A stretch of 64,000 nt of DNA from Macrostomum hystrix. Taxonomy: Eukaryota; Animalia; Platyhelminthes. The translations under genes were made by a program, and so were the position numbers. The stretch is taken from positions 5,456,001 to 5,520,000 of the forward strand of contig CATNEN010000007.1 of the NCBI GenBank assembly GCA_950097015.1. Reading direction: 5' to 3'. Below the pieces are notes generated by a model, which did no database searches, was not told where the DNA came from, and saw nothing but the letters and a program-made list of their open reading frames with translations. Positions 25,939-36,603 of the stretch are shown one piece after another (position 1 is the stretch's first letter; the number at the start of each line of letters is the position of its first letter).

Positions 25939-28179
25939 GCTAGGTCTTATTATGATTACTAGTGGCTCAAAAAAATAAATAGTTTTACATACTGATCAAA
26001 TTGTTTTTGAGTTTAACATCTAATCTGCAGCCTGACAAGGGGTTGAATATTTCTCAGAATTGGTCGTCTTAAATTGGCACCATACGATAAAACAGAAGCG
26101 GAATGTATAACTAGAAAAAATATTCTAATTTTTTGTAACAAAATTTTTCAGTAATTAAGAAGTTAATTAGTGTATTTTGGGATTTATATTGTTTATATAG
26201 CAGAATGATAAAGATACTTTGGTTTACTGATTAGCACTATATACCGGAATTTATGCACGTGCTTATTCACATTAATATTCAAATCAATTCTAATTCACAT
26301 TCGAGGTAGGTAATCAAGTCCATACATATTACAGATTCATTTACCCATTGTATTTTGCTGTCTAAAAAGATACAACCATTTTAATGCTTCCTTTTACCAC
26401 TTTAGGCGCTAAAGGTTAACTCATATGTATTCTAGCCAAGTAAGAATCATGTAGGGCCTACAAAGTAGTTTAAAAAAGGCAATACAATTTTCTTAAGTAT
26501 AGTTTAGGTGTTACGTTTCTATGTTTCAATTGATAAGTCATCAGCAATTAGAAAAAATATGACAATGGTTTAATTTTATTTGTAATCATAGCTAAGCTAA
26601 CGAGTCACATATTAGAAAATTTCGACTTTCAAATTAAAGTTTTGCCTAGTGTTTCAATTTTTAGTGACAACAGTGACAATAAGCTTGTCAAAGTTAATTA
26701 TCTAAATTTCATATTTGAGTTTCATATTTATTCAAAGTGGAATATTTATTTTTTATATGAGCAAATTATACATATTGACATCATGTTATTTTCCCTCTAA
26801 TTTAGCGTGATAATCACAGAAACATGCAGCAGCATCTTTAAGTACCCTTTTCTTTAAGAAAGATGACATAAGCCTATCTAATAATATGACTTAGTTTTTA
26901 TTCTCTGTGCATAAATGCTAAGGCCACTGAGAATATAACTTTAGCAACAGCAAGCTCCAATTTGACTTATTAGATACCCTTTATTAACAGAGTATTGTAT
27001 CCAAATTCTTGATTGGAATTTATACTTGACAAAAAGTTTCAAAAGTTGAAAGAAAAAATTTAATTCAAGTTGGTTTTTAACAAGCAATGTAACTTTAAAT
27101 GGACTCCTTTATTGTAAAAGATAGAAGCATTGACTAACAACAAAAAAGCCACTCAGTTATCATAGTAGTGCACTCAGACAATGTAGTAGTCTGCCACCCA
27201 AAAAAAGAATGTTGCTAATGGTAACAAGGCAAGGCAAGCTAGCAAGACAAGAATGAAATAATCTTTCTCTCCTAGTCCCTCCTGCCTTTCTCTTCTCTCT
27301 TTCTATATGGTTTTGGCTGTTAACATAGCCATGCACAGTCACATCATTTGAAAACCTGCCCAAGGTTAAGTATTTACTCTTGGTAGATAAGAAAGTAATT
27401 ATCTTTTGAAAAATATTTATGCGCAAAACAAAAGATTGCCCAAAATTTATCAATTAGCCAACTACTAGTGGCAGTATACTATTATATGAGTATACATTTT
27501 TCACTTTTTGGTGAACTAGTTATAGTCTAGAGTCTATAGAATTAGCTAACTGTTTATCAGGTTAGTCAGGTGTGATTCATTTGCAGCACAAATCTTTTTA
27601 CCTTTAAACTAGGTGTATTGAGTAGGTGTATAAGTCAAATGAAGACAGATTTCTTTTCATTGTAATAATGAAATAAATGAATAATAAAATTTGCAAGGAT
27701 TGGGGGTACTAGCAAATCGTTTTTGCCATAGTTTACCTCCAACAAAAATGAAGTAAGCAACTTTGCCCATTTCAGTGGGGCAGGAGCACAAAATTCACTG
27801 TCATTATCATGTCAATTTAATGACTTTAATATTGTGAAGTATTTAATGGCTTTGGTTATTCTCACTTTTAAATTGTTTTAATATTTAGTTGCTCTTGTTT
27901 ATTTCCCTTTACCTTATGTATGAGAGCTGCTTTTAGGAAATTCTGGCTGTTTTAAAAAGCAAAGCCACAATTGGCTAGATTTTCTATGCAGTTTGATACA
28001 ACAGTCTAAGTATGATTGCTTCTGCCATTTGCAGAACATGGATTTGATGTTCGAACATGAGTTGAAAATTTATTGAGATCCATTCTAAAAGAAGATGAAA
28101 AATATCGCTTTAAAAATATGACTAATGTCACCAAACTCTTATGTCAATACAAGAAATCTTAATTGCCATTCTAGTTCAA

Positions 28180-30053
28180 ATGACAACCATGAGCGCCATT
28201 GGTCAGAGCCACGTCAGCCGGCCTTGGGTCCACGTGCTGGCCTGTCCTGCCTGTCCTTTCGCCACTCTCGTGGTTGAACGGCTCAATCGGCACATCTCAG
28301 ACTGCCACGGCGGCCAGCAGCTCAGCTACACCCTGTTTGTGTGTCCATTGTGCGACGCCTGCAGCACCGATGGCGAGTTAATTGACGAGCATTTGCAAGT
28401 GTACCATCAGGGTGAGGCCGGTGCGGACTTGGCCGAGTCTTTTGTTAGCCCCAATCCACCGGAGCAGCGGCAGCAGCAGAACTCAAAGCCCATACGCGGA
28501 GCCGCAGTTGAAGCTCATGCGTGTTCCAGCTGTCGTCGGGTGTTCGAATCCTTGGCGATGTTGAGGCGGCACAGCTGCAATTCTGGGCAGCGTCAGCCAA
28601 GGCCGAATAGCATCAGCGAGTTGAACTCGGCGGAGTTGATCAGCTCCACTGCCGCCGCAGAACTTGAGGAGGCCGCGGATCCGTTGATGGCGCATTTGCT
28701 GTCTGTGTGGTCGGGTTGCCCCACAGAACCGCAGCAGCAGCCGGCTGTTTCAACGCTGCAATCGGAGCCAGTGGAGATCGACGACGATGGCGATGACGTC
28801 GAGGCCGTCCCAGACGAGGAGGCCGAAGTCCCAGGGCTCGATGTTTCCAACGCTGGTCAAGAGGACCGAGGCGGCGTTACCCGGCAGTGCCCGGCAACGC
28901 TGCGCTGCGCCACCTGCGCCGGTCGATTCCACATTTTGCGCAGCCTCTGCGCTCATCAGCAGCGCTGCCACGGCAGCTGCCGTTGTCCAGTGTGCGACGC
29001 CGTGGCCTTCGATGTGTCGGCAGCAATGCAGCACGTGGCCAATGAGCATCCCGGATATGCCATCTACCGGTGCCCCCGCTGCCCGCTGCAGTTCGACCGC
29101 TGCGACTTACTCAGGCAGCACTGGTCTGCCCAGCACAGGTGCGCGATAATTAGTCTTTCAGTCAGTGATGACAACCTAAGGAATTTTTAATCTGAAAATC
29201 TAGGATTTTCGATCTGAAAGTCTAGGGATTTTCAACCTGAAGTCTGGGAAGTGACTATCTGATGTCTTGGGGAGTAAACCTGAAGTCTGGGAAGTGACTA
29301 TCTGATGTCTTGGGGAGTAAACCTGAAGTCTGGGAAGTGACTATCTGATGTCTTGGGGAGTAAACCTGAAGTCAGGCGGAGTGACTACCTTAAGACTACC
29401 TGAAAGACAGTGGACACAGGGAGTCACAGTCACAGGTAGTAAGAATCTAACTAAAAAATAAATCAGTAAAATCAGTTCTACGTCATTTTAAGTAGCATAT
29501 TCTGCCGACTCCCCGCTCCAGTCGCAGCGTGTTTAAGTGCCCATTCTGCAGCCGGGTGTTCCTTCAGGAGCGCTACCGCACGCGACACGCCCGTCAGGCA
29601 CATCCGCGCCAGCTGGCCAGACAGCCGCAGCGTTGTCCGCAGTGCCCGCAGGTCCTGGCTTCGCTGGAGGCTCTCAGCCGTCACCTGGCTGTGGCGCACA
29701 ATGTCGATCCGGACTCCAGGCGCCTGCGCTGCTCCGTCTGCGACCGGTCCTACCAGAGTGAGCAGAGTCTCCGGCTGCACCAGCTCAGCCACAAGCCGCA
29801 GCCGCAGCCATTCGCCTGCAGTCTGTGCCCGTACGCCTGCAACACTCGCTACCTGCTGCGCTGTCACCTGCGCGACAAGCACACCGACTTCACCTACGAT
29901 TGTGAAGTGTGCGGCGCCAGGCTATTGTCTAAGTACATGCTCAGGCGCCACCTGGATAAGGAACATCGGCTTGTGGACGCGGCTGTGGCTGTGAGGGCCG
30001 CCTCCACCCTGCGGCAGCAGCGCGGAGGCCCCGCTAGATCTGCCATCGCCTAA
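28180..30053 (+). CDS. Multi-C2H2 zinc-finger protein, 2 exons (28180-29138; 29522 or 29528 to 30053)
   Basis: About 11 CxxC...HxxxH motifs; phase-2 donor CACAG/gtgcgc matches in-frame acceptors; AATAAA at 30086 and 30189. Confidence 0.88.
29234..29375. repeat. 43-bp tandem repeat x3 in the zinc-finger intron
   Basis: Units start at 29234, 29277 and 29320. Confidence 0.85.
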
Positions 30054-30454
30054 TTACTGAAAGCTGCGAAATCAGATCCCATCGAAATAAAAAAATACAT
30101 CTAGAATGTCTCTAATCCTATTTTGGGATAATCTGGTTAGGTGAGAACTCGAAAATGCCACCTCGTAGTTATAACTTATCGTTTGTAAAATAAAAGTTTG
30201 TAATACCGAATCCACTGTCAATGTTGTTCGTCAGGCTTCTGTATAAATGTTGCGTATTTAATAATCTTAAATAATAATTTACCTGTGAGCTGCCTGTTGT
30301 TTTGCTTTTAGTATTTCTCCTATCAGAGCTTTTTCGAGCATTTATTGAAAAAAGTTACTAATTAAGTTAATTTTAATAGTTCCATGCAGTCTTACTTGGT
30401 TAAATTATCTTTTTTTGAAAATATCAATAACCTATTAGAATCTAGAAATAACTA

Positions 30455-31105
30455 TCACATCATCAGGTAAAATCCTATCTTCATCAGGTGGAATCCCATC
30501 ATCAGGTAGAATCCCATCATCAGGTAGAATCCCATCATCAGGTAGAATCCCGTCATCAGGTGGAATCCCGGCTGCATCAGGTAGAATCCTATCATCAGGT
30601 AGAATCCCATCATCAGGTAGAATCCCGTCATCAGGTGGAATCCCGGCTGCATCAGGTAGAATCCCGTCATCAGGTGGAATCCCAGCTGCATCAGGTAGAA
30701 TCCTATCATCAGGTAGAATCCCATCATCAGGTAGAATCCTATCATCAGGTAGAATCCCATCATCAGGTAGAATCCCATCATCAGGTGGAATCCCGGCTGC
30801 ATCAGGTAGAATCCTATCATCAGGTAGAATCCCGTCATCAGGTAGAATCCCGTCATCAGATAGAATCCCGTCATCAGGTAGAATCCCGTCATCAGGTAGA
30901 ATCCAATCATCAGGTGGAATCCCGGCTGCATCAGGTAGAATCCCATCATCAGGTAGAATCCCATCATCAGGTAAAATCCTATCTTCATCAGGTAGAATCC
31001 TATCATCAGGTAGAATCCCATCATCAGGTAGAATCCCATCATCAGGTAGAATCCCATCATCAGGTGGAATCCCGGCTGCATCAGGTAGAATCCTATCTTC
31101 ATCAG
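30455..31105. repeat. 18/21-bp minisatellite (CATCAGGTAGAATCCCAT)
   Basis: Visible array; unit lengths divisible by 3 generate spurious ORFs. Confidence 0.95.
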
Positions 31106-31168
31106 GCAGGATCTCCAATTTATCTAATAAAATCCCTAACTAGATTAGAATGGCCTAATCTCTCTCAG

Positions 31169-32110
31169 ATGCAACAGACTCAATCGGACGCTGTCGCGGC
31201 CTCTCTTACTTCCCTTCGGCTGCTTTTCGCCTGCCGACGCTGTCTCTGCGCCTGCGGCGGCGGTAGCGCCGGCGTTGGCGGAGCATCCGAGCTGCTTCTC
31301 GACCGGCTGCAGGAGATTTTCTCGGCCGCCACTGATCGGCTACAACGGATGGCAGATTCGGCGCCGCAGTCTCGCCGTTTTGTTGCCGTGTCGGCGAAGC
31401 CAACGCCGTCAGGAATTATTCCTCGCATCTGCCTGAAGCGGGAGCTTCTTCACCTGCTGCGGCGGTCGATGCTGCGCTGCGGCACCGGCGATCGCCTGCT
31501 CGGTGACTTCGGCGACAGTCTGGACCGTCTGCTGCCCGACTGCGGCGATGGCGATGTCAACTTTCAAGACTTAAACAACGCCGACGTCGAGGACAACGGC
31601 GAAGACGATGATATTAGCGCTTTCAGCGAGATGTCCCGTCTTAGCGACCGCGGTGGCGACGGGCCAGACGGCCTGACTGCCCAGCTGGCCGAGCTGAGAA
31701 TCGGCCTCGACGCTTGCCTCGTTGTCACCTCGTTGATGGCCGAGAAAAGCAGCGGTGGCGGAGGCTGCGGCGGCTGCGCCAGCTGCGGCTGTGCCGGATC
31801 CTGCGCCTGCTGCCTGCGCTGGTCCGCTCGGGTGGCCGATTTGGAGACAGAGGTTGCGCAGCTGCGGGGTGGCAACGGCGGGCGCGTCGGCGGCGTTGAT
31901 TCCGGTCCTTCCGCTTGTCCATCCCGAACCATCCTGGCCTCCGAGCTGCGTCAACTCACTGACGACCTGCGGCGCCTCGTCTACAGCGGGCACAGGCAGG
32001 CCCTGCCGCTGCCGCCGCCGCCGCCGCAGGTCACTATTCCGCCGCCGCTTCCACCGCGACGTTTCAGCGGACGTCGACGCGTTTGGATTCGTGACTTCAC
32101 GGAAGTTTAA
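31169..32110 (+). CDS. Uncharacterised protein of about 313 aa with acidic, Cys/Gly-rich, coiled-coil-like and poly-Pro segments
   Basis: GC-rich open frame with coding-like codon use; ATG directly follows acceptor-like ctaatctctctcag; AATAAA at 32349. Confidence 0.7.
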   Translation: MQQTQSDAVAASLTSLRLLFACRRCLCACGGGSAGVGGASELLLDRLQEIFSAATDRLQRMADSAPQSRRFVAVSAKPTPSGIIPRICLKRELLHLLRRSMLRCGTGDRLLGDFGDSLDRLLPDCGDGDVNFQDLNNADVEDNGEDDDISAFSEMSRLSDRGGDGPDGLTAQLAELRIGLDACLVVTSLMAEKSSGGGGCGGCASCGCAGSCACCLRWSARVADLETEVAQLRGGNGGRVGGVDSGPSACPSRTILASELRQLTDDLRRLVYSGHRQALPLPPPPPQVTIPPPLPPRRFSGRRRVWIRDFTEV

Positions 32111-32639
32111 AATTGGAGCTCTGGCCAATGCTTAATAACTCTCGTTATGGTGAAGGGATTTGTTTAAATGCCATGTTTGTTTTGTTTTTCATAGGATCAA
32201 CTTTTTCGAGGCCATTTTTTCCGTGCCCCTGGATTTCCAATTTTCCTAGCAGAACTTTTTTCTCGTTCTGGTGCTGACCGTTCTGGTGCTCACTGAGAAC
32301 ATAGTGAACAGATTTTTTATTTTGGAAATCGTCTTTTAGTAGATCAAGAATAAATCATGTTTTTCAAATTGCTACATTCATTAATTATTTGTTTTGACTG
32401 CATTTTTATCAACTTTATCAGAAATGCTTTTTTCGCCGTTTTTTCCACGATTTTTATGCGACGAAGGTAAAGCTAATTGTGTCTACTTATTGTTTTGGTA
32501 AATTTAAAAAGAGGAATTAGTGAAGACATTGAAACTCATTGTTTCCAGGCACTCTGTGGATTGAATTGTCTGTTATATTGTCTTATGATTATTTTTTGGT
32601 CATAAAGAGCCTCGAACATAGGTCATAATTAGTCTTTCT

Positions 32640-33088
32640 AGGATTGATCATTCAGAATCCCAGATTGGTCATTCAGAACCTTAGATCGGTCATTCGGAAC
32701 CTCAGATCGGTCATTCGGAATCCCAGATTGGTCATTCAGAATCCCAGATTGGTCATTCAGAATCCCTGATTGGTCATTCAGAATCCCTGATTGGTCATTC
32801 AGAATCCCAGATTGGTCATTCAGAATCCCTGATTGGTCATTCAGAATCCTAGATGAGTCATTCAGAACCTCAGATTGGTCATCCAGAATCCCAGATTGGT
32901 GATTCAGAATCCCTGATTGGTCATTCAAAATCCCAGATTGGTCATTCAGAATCCCAGATTGGTCATTCCGAATCCCTGATTGGTCATTCAGAATCCTAGA
33001 TGAGTCATTCAGAATCCTAGATGGGTCATTCAGAACCCTAGATTAGTAATTCAGAATCCCAGATTGGTCATTCAGAATCCCAGATTGA
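32640..33088. repeat. 21-bp minisatellite GATTGGTCATTCAGAATCCCA
   Basis: Visible array ending about 20 nt before the YEATS4 acceptor. Confidence 0.95.
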
Positions 33089-33110
33089 TCCCTCGCTCGA
33101 CAATCCCCAG

Positions 33111-34146
33111 GCTGAGGTGGTGTCCGGCCGCGTCAAGAACGCCAGCGTGGTGAAGCCCATAGTCTATGGCAATTCGGCCCGCTTCCTTGGCCGCAAGCGA
33201 GACGAAGACGGGCACACGCACGAGTGGACGGTTTACGTCAGGCCGGCCGTGAACGACTGCATGTCCGCCTACGTCAGGCATGTCCAGTTCAAGCTTCACG
33301 AGAGCTACCCGAATCCCCTGCGCACCGTCAGCGAGCCGCCCTACGAGCTGACGGAGACCGGCTGGGGCGAGTTCGAGCTGTCCATCCGGCTGGTCTGGCT
33401 GGACCCGGCTGAGAAGCCCGTAACTCTGTTCCACCTGCTCAAATTGTTCGACCAGAGAAATCCGGATGTCACTGCCGGCAAGGCGCCGCTAACGGTTAGG
33501 CCAATTATTGAGTCCTTTGAGTGCTAGTAAATTGACGGGCTGAAATCTGGCTTACCTAATTAGTTGCAAGATTCCGATATTTTACCTACAAGTCGGATGC
33601 ACTGAGTCAATTAGATGCATAGATGGTCATTGAGTTGCAGGGTCAGTGAGTTGCAGGGTCATTGAGTTGCAGGGTCAGTGAGTTGCCGGGTCAGTGAGTT
33701 GCAGGGTCAGTGATTTGCAGGGTCAGTGAGTTGCAGGGTCAGTGAGTTGCAGGGTCAGTGAGTTGCAGGGTCAGTGATTTGCAGGGTCAGTGAGTTGCAG
33801 GGTCCACCGCACACCAGGCAGTCGCCTTGCTCTCCCGTCCGTCCAGGTGGAACTGTACGACGAGCTGGTGTTCAACGAGCCTACAAAGGCCGTGTACGAC
33901 ATGCTGACCGCGCCGCGGCTCTGCCGCTCCGAGCGTCACTGGGGCAGCGCCATCGGGGTGGACTACGCGGCCAAGAAGCTGCGCGATCTCGAAATGGTGC
34001 GGTCCGGCCGGCGGGAGCTCAGAGCCGAGCTGGACCTGCTCAAGGATGTTATTCACAAGCGCCGGGAGGCAGCCGACCGCCTCAAGGGCATGGTGGCCCG
34101 GCTGGAGTCCGCGGCTGCCGCTGCCGCCACCGCCACCGCCGACTAA
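33111..34146 (+). CDS. YEATS4: YEATS domain-containing protein 4 (GAS41/Yaf9); exons 33111-33494 and 33848-34146; start codon not found locally
   Basis: [38 protein letters not shown]...[32 protein letters not shown]...[13 protein letters not shown] plus a C-terminal coiled coil. Confidence 0.95.
33625..33805. repeat. 16-bp minisatellite GTGAGTTGCAGGGTCA in the YEATS4 intron
   Basis: Visible array. Confidence 0.9.
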
Positions 34147-34478
34147 CTTAGCAAATGAAACTGACTTCTCACCCGGGCCTGAACAGGCGCATTTTATCAA
34201 GTCTAAAGTACTTTAGCCTATACTGTACATGTGTCTATTCAATAGTCAAGCCAGTTGAATCATTTTATTTGTGTAAATATATCATCATGAATCGGTGTAT
34301 CTAATTACATCAATTAAAATCTGTGCATTTTATATTTTTATGTCTCAGTTTCTTAGTTCGATGAATTCTCTTTTTTTAGCCTGCAACCCAGCGGTTTGGA
34401 CTTCTCTCTGAGAGATCGGGAGTTCGAATCTCGACCTCGAGTAGAATTTTTGCGTCCTTAACCGTAGAATGACCAATG

Positions 34479-34981
34479 GGCTGTTTCAAATACCCACTGC
34501 CCACTTCACGACAGCTCCCAAACCGAATGATTTTTGTGAAATTCCACCATATCGATTGGAATTTTCCGCTCATTGCGACGAACTAACTTTCAAAGCCGTC
34601 CGAGTCAGCGTCGTCAAGATATTCAGCGATTCTTGACAAAGACCCTGATGACAAGGACGACTGACATTGCTGTCTAAATACCCATATTCGTTAAATAATT
34701 TAATAATTAGCAGAATAATCAAGACAATATAGTCGACAAAACTGCCTACATGTTTACATGATGAAATTTTGCGACTATAAAAATTGAAACCTTTTTTGTT
34801 GGTTTTGGCTCAAGACATCTCAACAAGAAGCGTTGACTATCTCGACCATGCCGAGGTTTTGTGATTCTGGAAGTTGTTTCATCGGACAGAGTGGAACATT
34901 TTAGCCCGTCTTTTCTAGATTTCCTGCCGATTTGTCGAATCTTTTGTGAGATTCAGAAAAATGCGGGTATTTGAAAAACCC
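34479..34981. mobile_element. Putative non-autonomous DNA transposon (MITE-like)
   Basis: Imperfect inverted ends GGCTGTTTCAAATACCCAC and rc GGGTTTTTCAAATACCCGC (16/19); the left subterminal motif recurs near 6230-6310 and 44735-44800. Confidence 0.5.
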
Positions 34982-35479
34982 TTTCTGCTGTTCAGCGAGT
35001 CACTCAGTTTCAGTTCGCCGAGCCGTAATATGCGCACTAAGAGTATTAAAAATTCAGGTGTGTTTGGCCTTCTCCCAGTCCATGGACTGTGCAGTTGTAC
35101 ACACATGCAGCAACCCAACTGCATGGACTGTGATTTCTGTCTTCTCCTTTTTGAATAATTAAATTTGCCCGTTACTAACGAATGTTTTTGATAATGAAGA
35201 TTTTGTCCACCTCCGGCCTCTTGAAATCGATTTTGCTTGCCCGGACAGCAGCTCTGAATGCGAAATCAGCTCACATGAATTATTCTTCCACTTACTGAGC
35301 CGGATCGATTCGAGTTATCTTGAAAGCTGATCTGTGTCATTCGTCTGCCGGGGGAGACCGCCGCTGACAGAAGGCGAGACACTGAAATAAGAGAACGGCA
35401 GAATGATGAGCTGATTACATTTTTGGTTGAGAAACAATTTATTCCGAACCACTGCACGGACCCAGAGCAGTCTCAAGCT

Positions 35480-35890
35480 TTGAGTCTCTCTTTACTTCTC
35501 TGCCAAACTCTGGCAACCAATAATCGATGCGGCGGCATCTCATACACCATTTCTAATAGGATCCGAAGAATAGCCTCTCCCCTGGGATATTCTTCCCCTC
35601 CCCAACCAAACTCACCCAACTGGTTGTCAAGCAGTGCCGAGTCTCCATATATTGAGCAGTCCATGCTGCGCCTAACACTGGAAATCACAGCAGCTGCTCT
35701 ATTAATCACAATCGAAACGCTGTACTCAAACAAAGAAATCCTGCTAAAAGAAAGAAATTGGCTTCCAGATGAAGCCTCGATTTGGTAAGAACACAGTTTA
35801 GACTAGAGTCACGTCGGACCCAAGCTTTGCCCCTCTTGGTTCCAATCAGAACTACCAGTCCATAACCAAGCTTAGTTAGACATTAATGGA
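35480..35890 (+). mobile_element. Possible degenerate LINE (CR1/L2-like) 3' fragment
   Basis: AAALLIT...ILLKERNWLP resembles the C-terminal AAR.IT...LL..L.WLP motif of CR1/L2 ORF2. Confidence 0.3.
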
Positions 35891-35990
35891 AACACTTTGT
35901 CTGCCTACCCATTTTTTATTCTTATTAGTCATACGCTTGTTGTATTATTATCCTTTCTTCTCACCGTTCTCCCTATCCTTCTCTCAGACA

Positions 35991-36260
35991 GGGAAAGAAG
36001 CCTAGTGGCTAGAGCATCGGACTCATGACTCGAAGGTCGGGTGTTCGATTCCCAACTCCACTGGAACAATTTGTGTCCATTAGCAAGACACTTGACTCTG
36101 CATTGCTTCAGTTCACCCTACTATAGAAATGGGTACCAGCATTGGCTGGGGTAATTGAGGGTGGGTGTGGTGTCCCTCCAGTCCATGGACCTTCAGATGC
36201 GCCGCGCAATCGCTGCGGCTGTGCGACTGCATATTTGGCCCGATTAGTGCAGGTGAAATC
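35991..36260 (+). mobile_element. tRNA-derived SINE family B
   Basis: tRNA-like head (AGCCTAGTGG...GTTCGATTCC) followed by GTGTCC...GCAAGACACTT and AATGGGTACC, resembling conserved metazoan SINE central domains. Confidence 0.7.
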
Positions 36261-36374
36261 AGTTGGTTAATTAATTCTCACAATGTTTTTTATTACTGCT
36301 GTGAGTAGTATAACAGGCGTTTGCAAATTACAATAAAAACGGAAAAAATTAAATCAACGGTCTTGTACGTAAAT

Positions 36375-36500
36375 TACCAGGATAATCCCAGGATGATAGA
36401 ATCCCACAGTTTGATAATCCCAGGATCATAGAATCCCACAGTTTGATAATCCCAGGATCATAGAATCCCACAGTTTGATAATCCCAGGATCATAGAACCC
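36375..36500. repeat. 32-bp tandem repeat GATAATCCCAGGATCATAGAATCCCACAGTTT
   Basis: About 3.5 copies visible. Confidence 0.85.
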
Positions 36501-36603
36501 CTTAGTGTGGTAACCTTAGGATCTTATAGAATGTTACACGTAGAATCAAAATCCCAGCAGTGTAAAATCGTGTAAAAATGTGTCAGATGGGTCTGGTGCG
36601 GCA

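Noticed and set aside
30435-31168. Long repetitive ORFs (HHQVES, ILPDDG, GFYLMM) and N-terminal extension of the 540-aa ORF
   Set aside because: Minisatellite open in several frames on both strands; an acceptor-like site and ATG lie just after it
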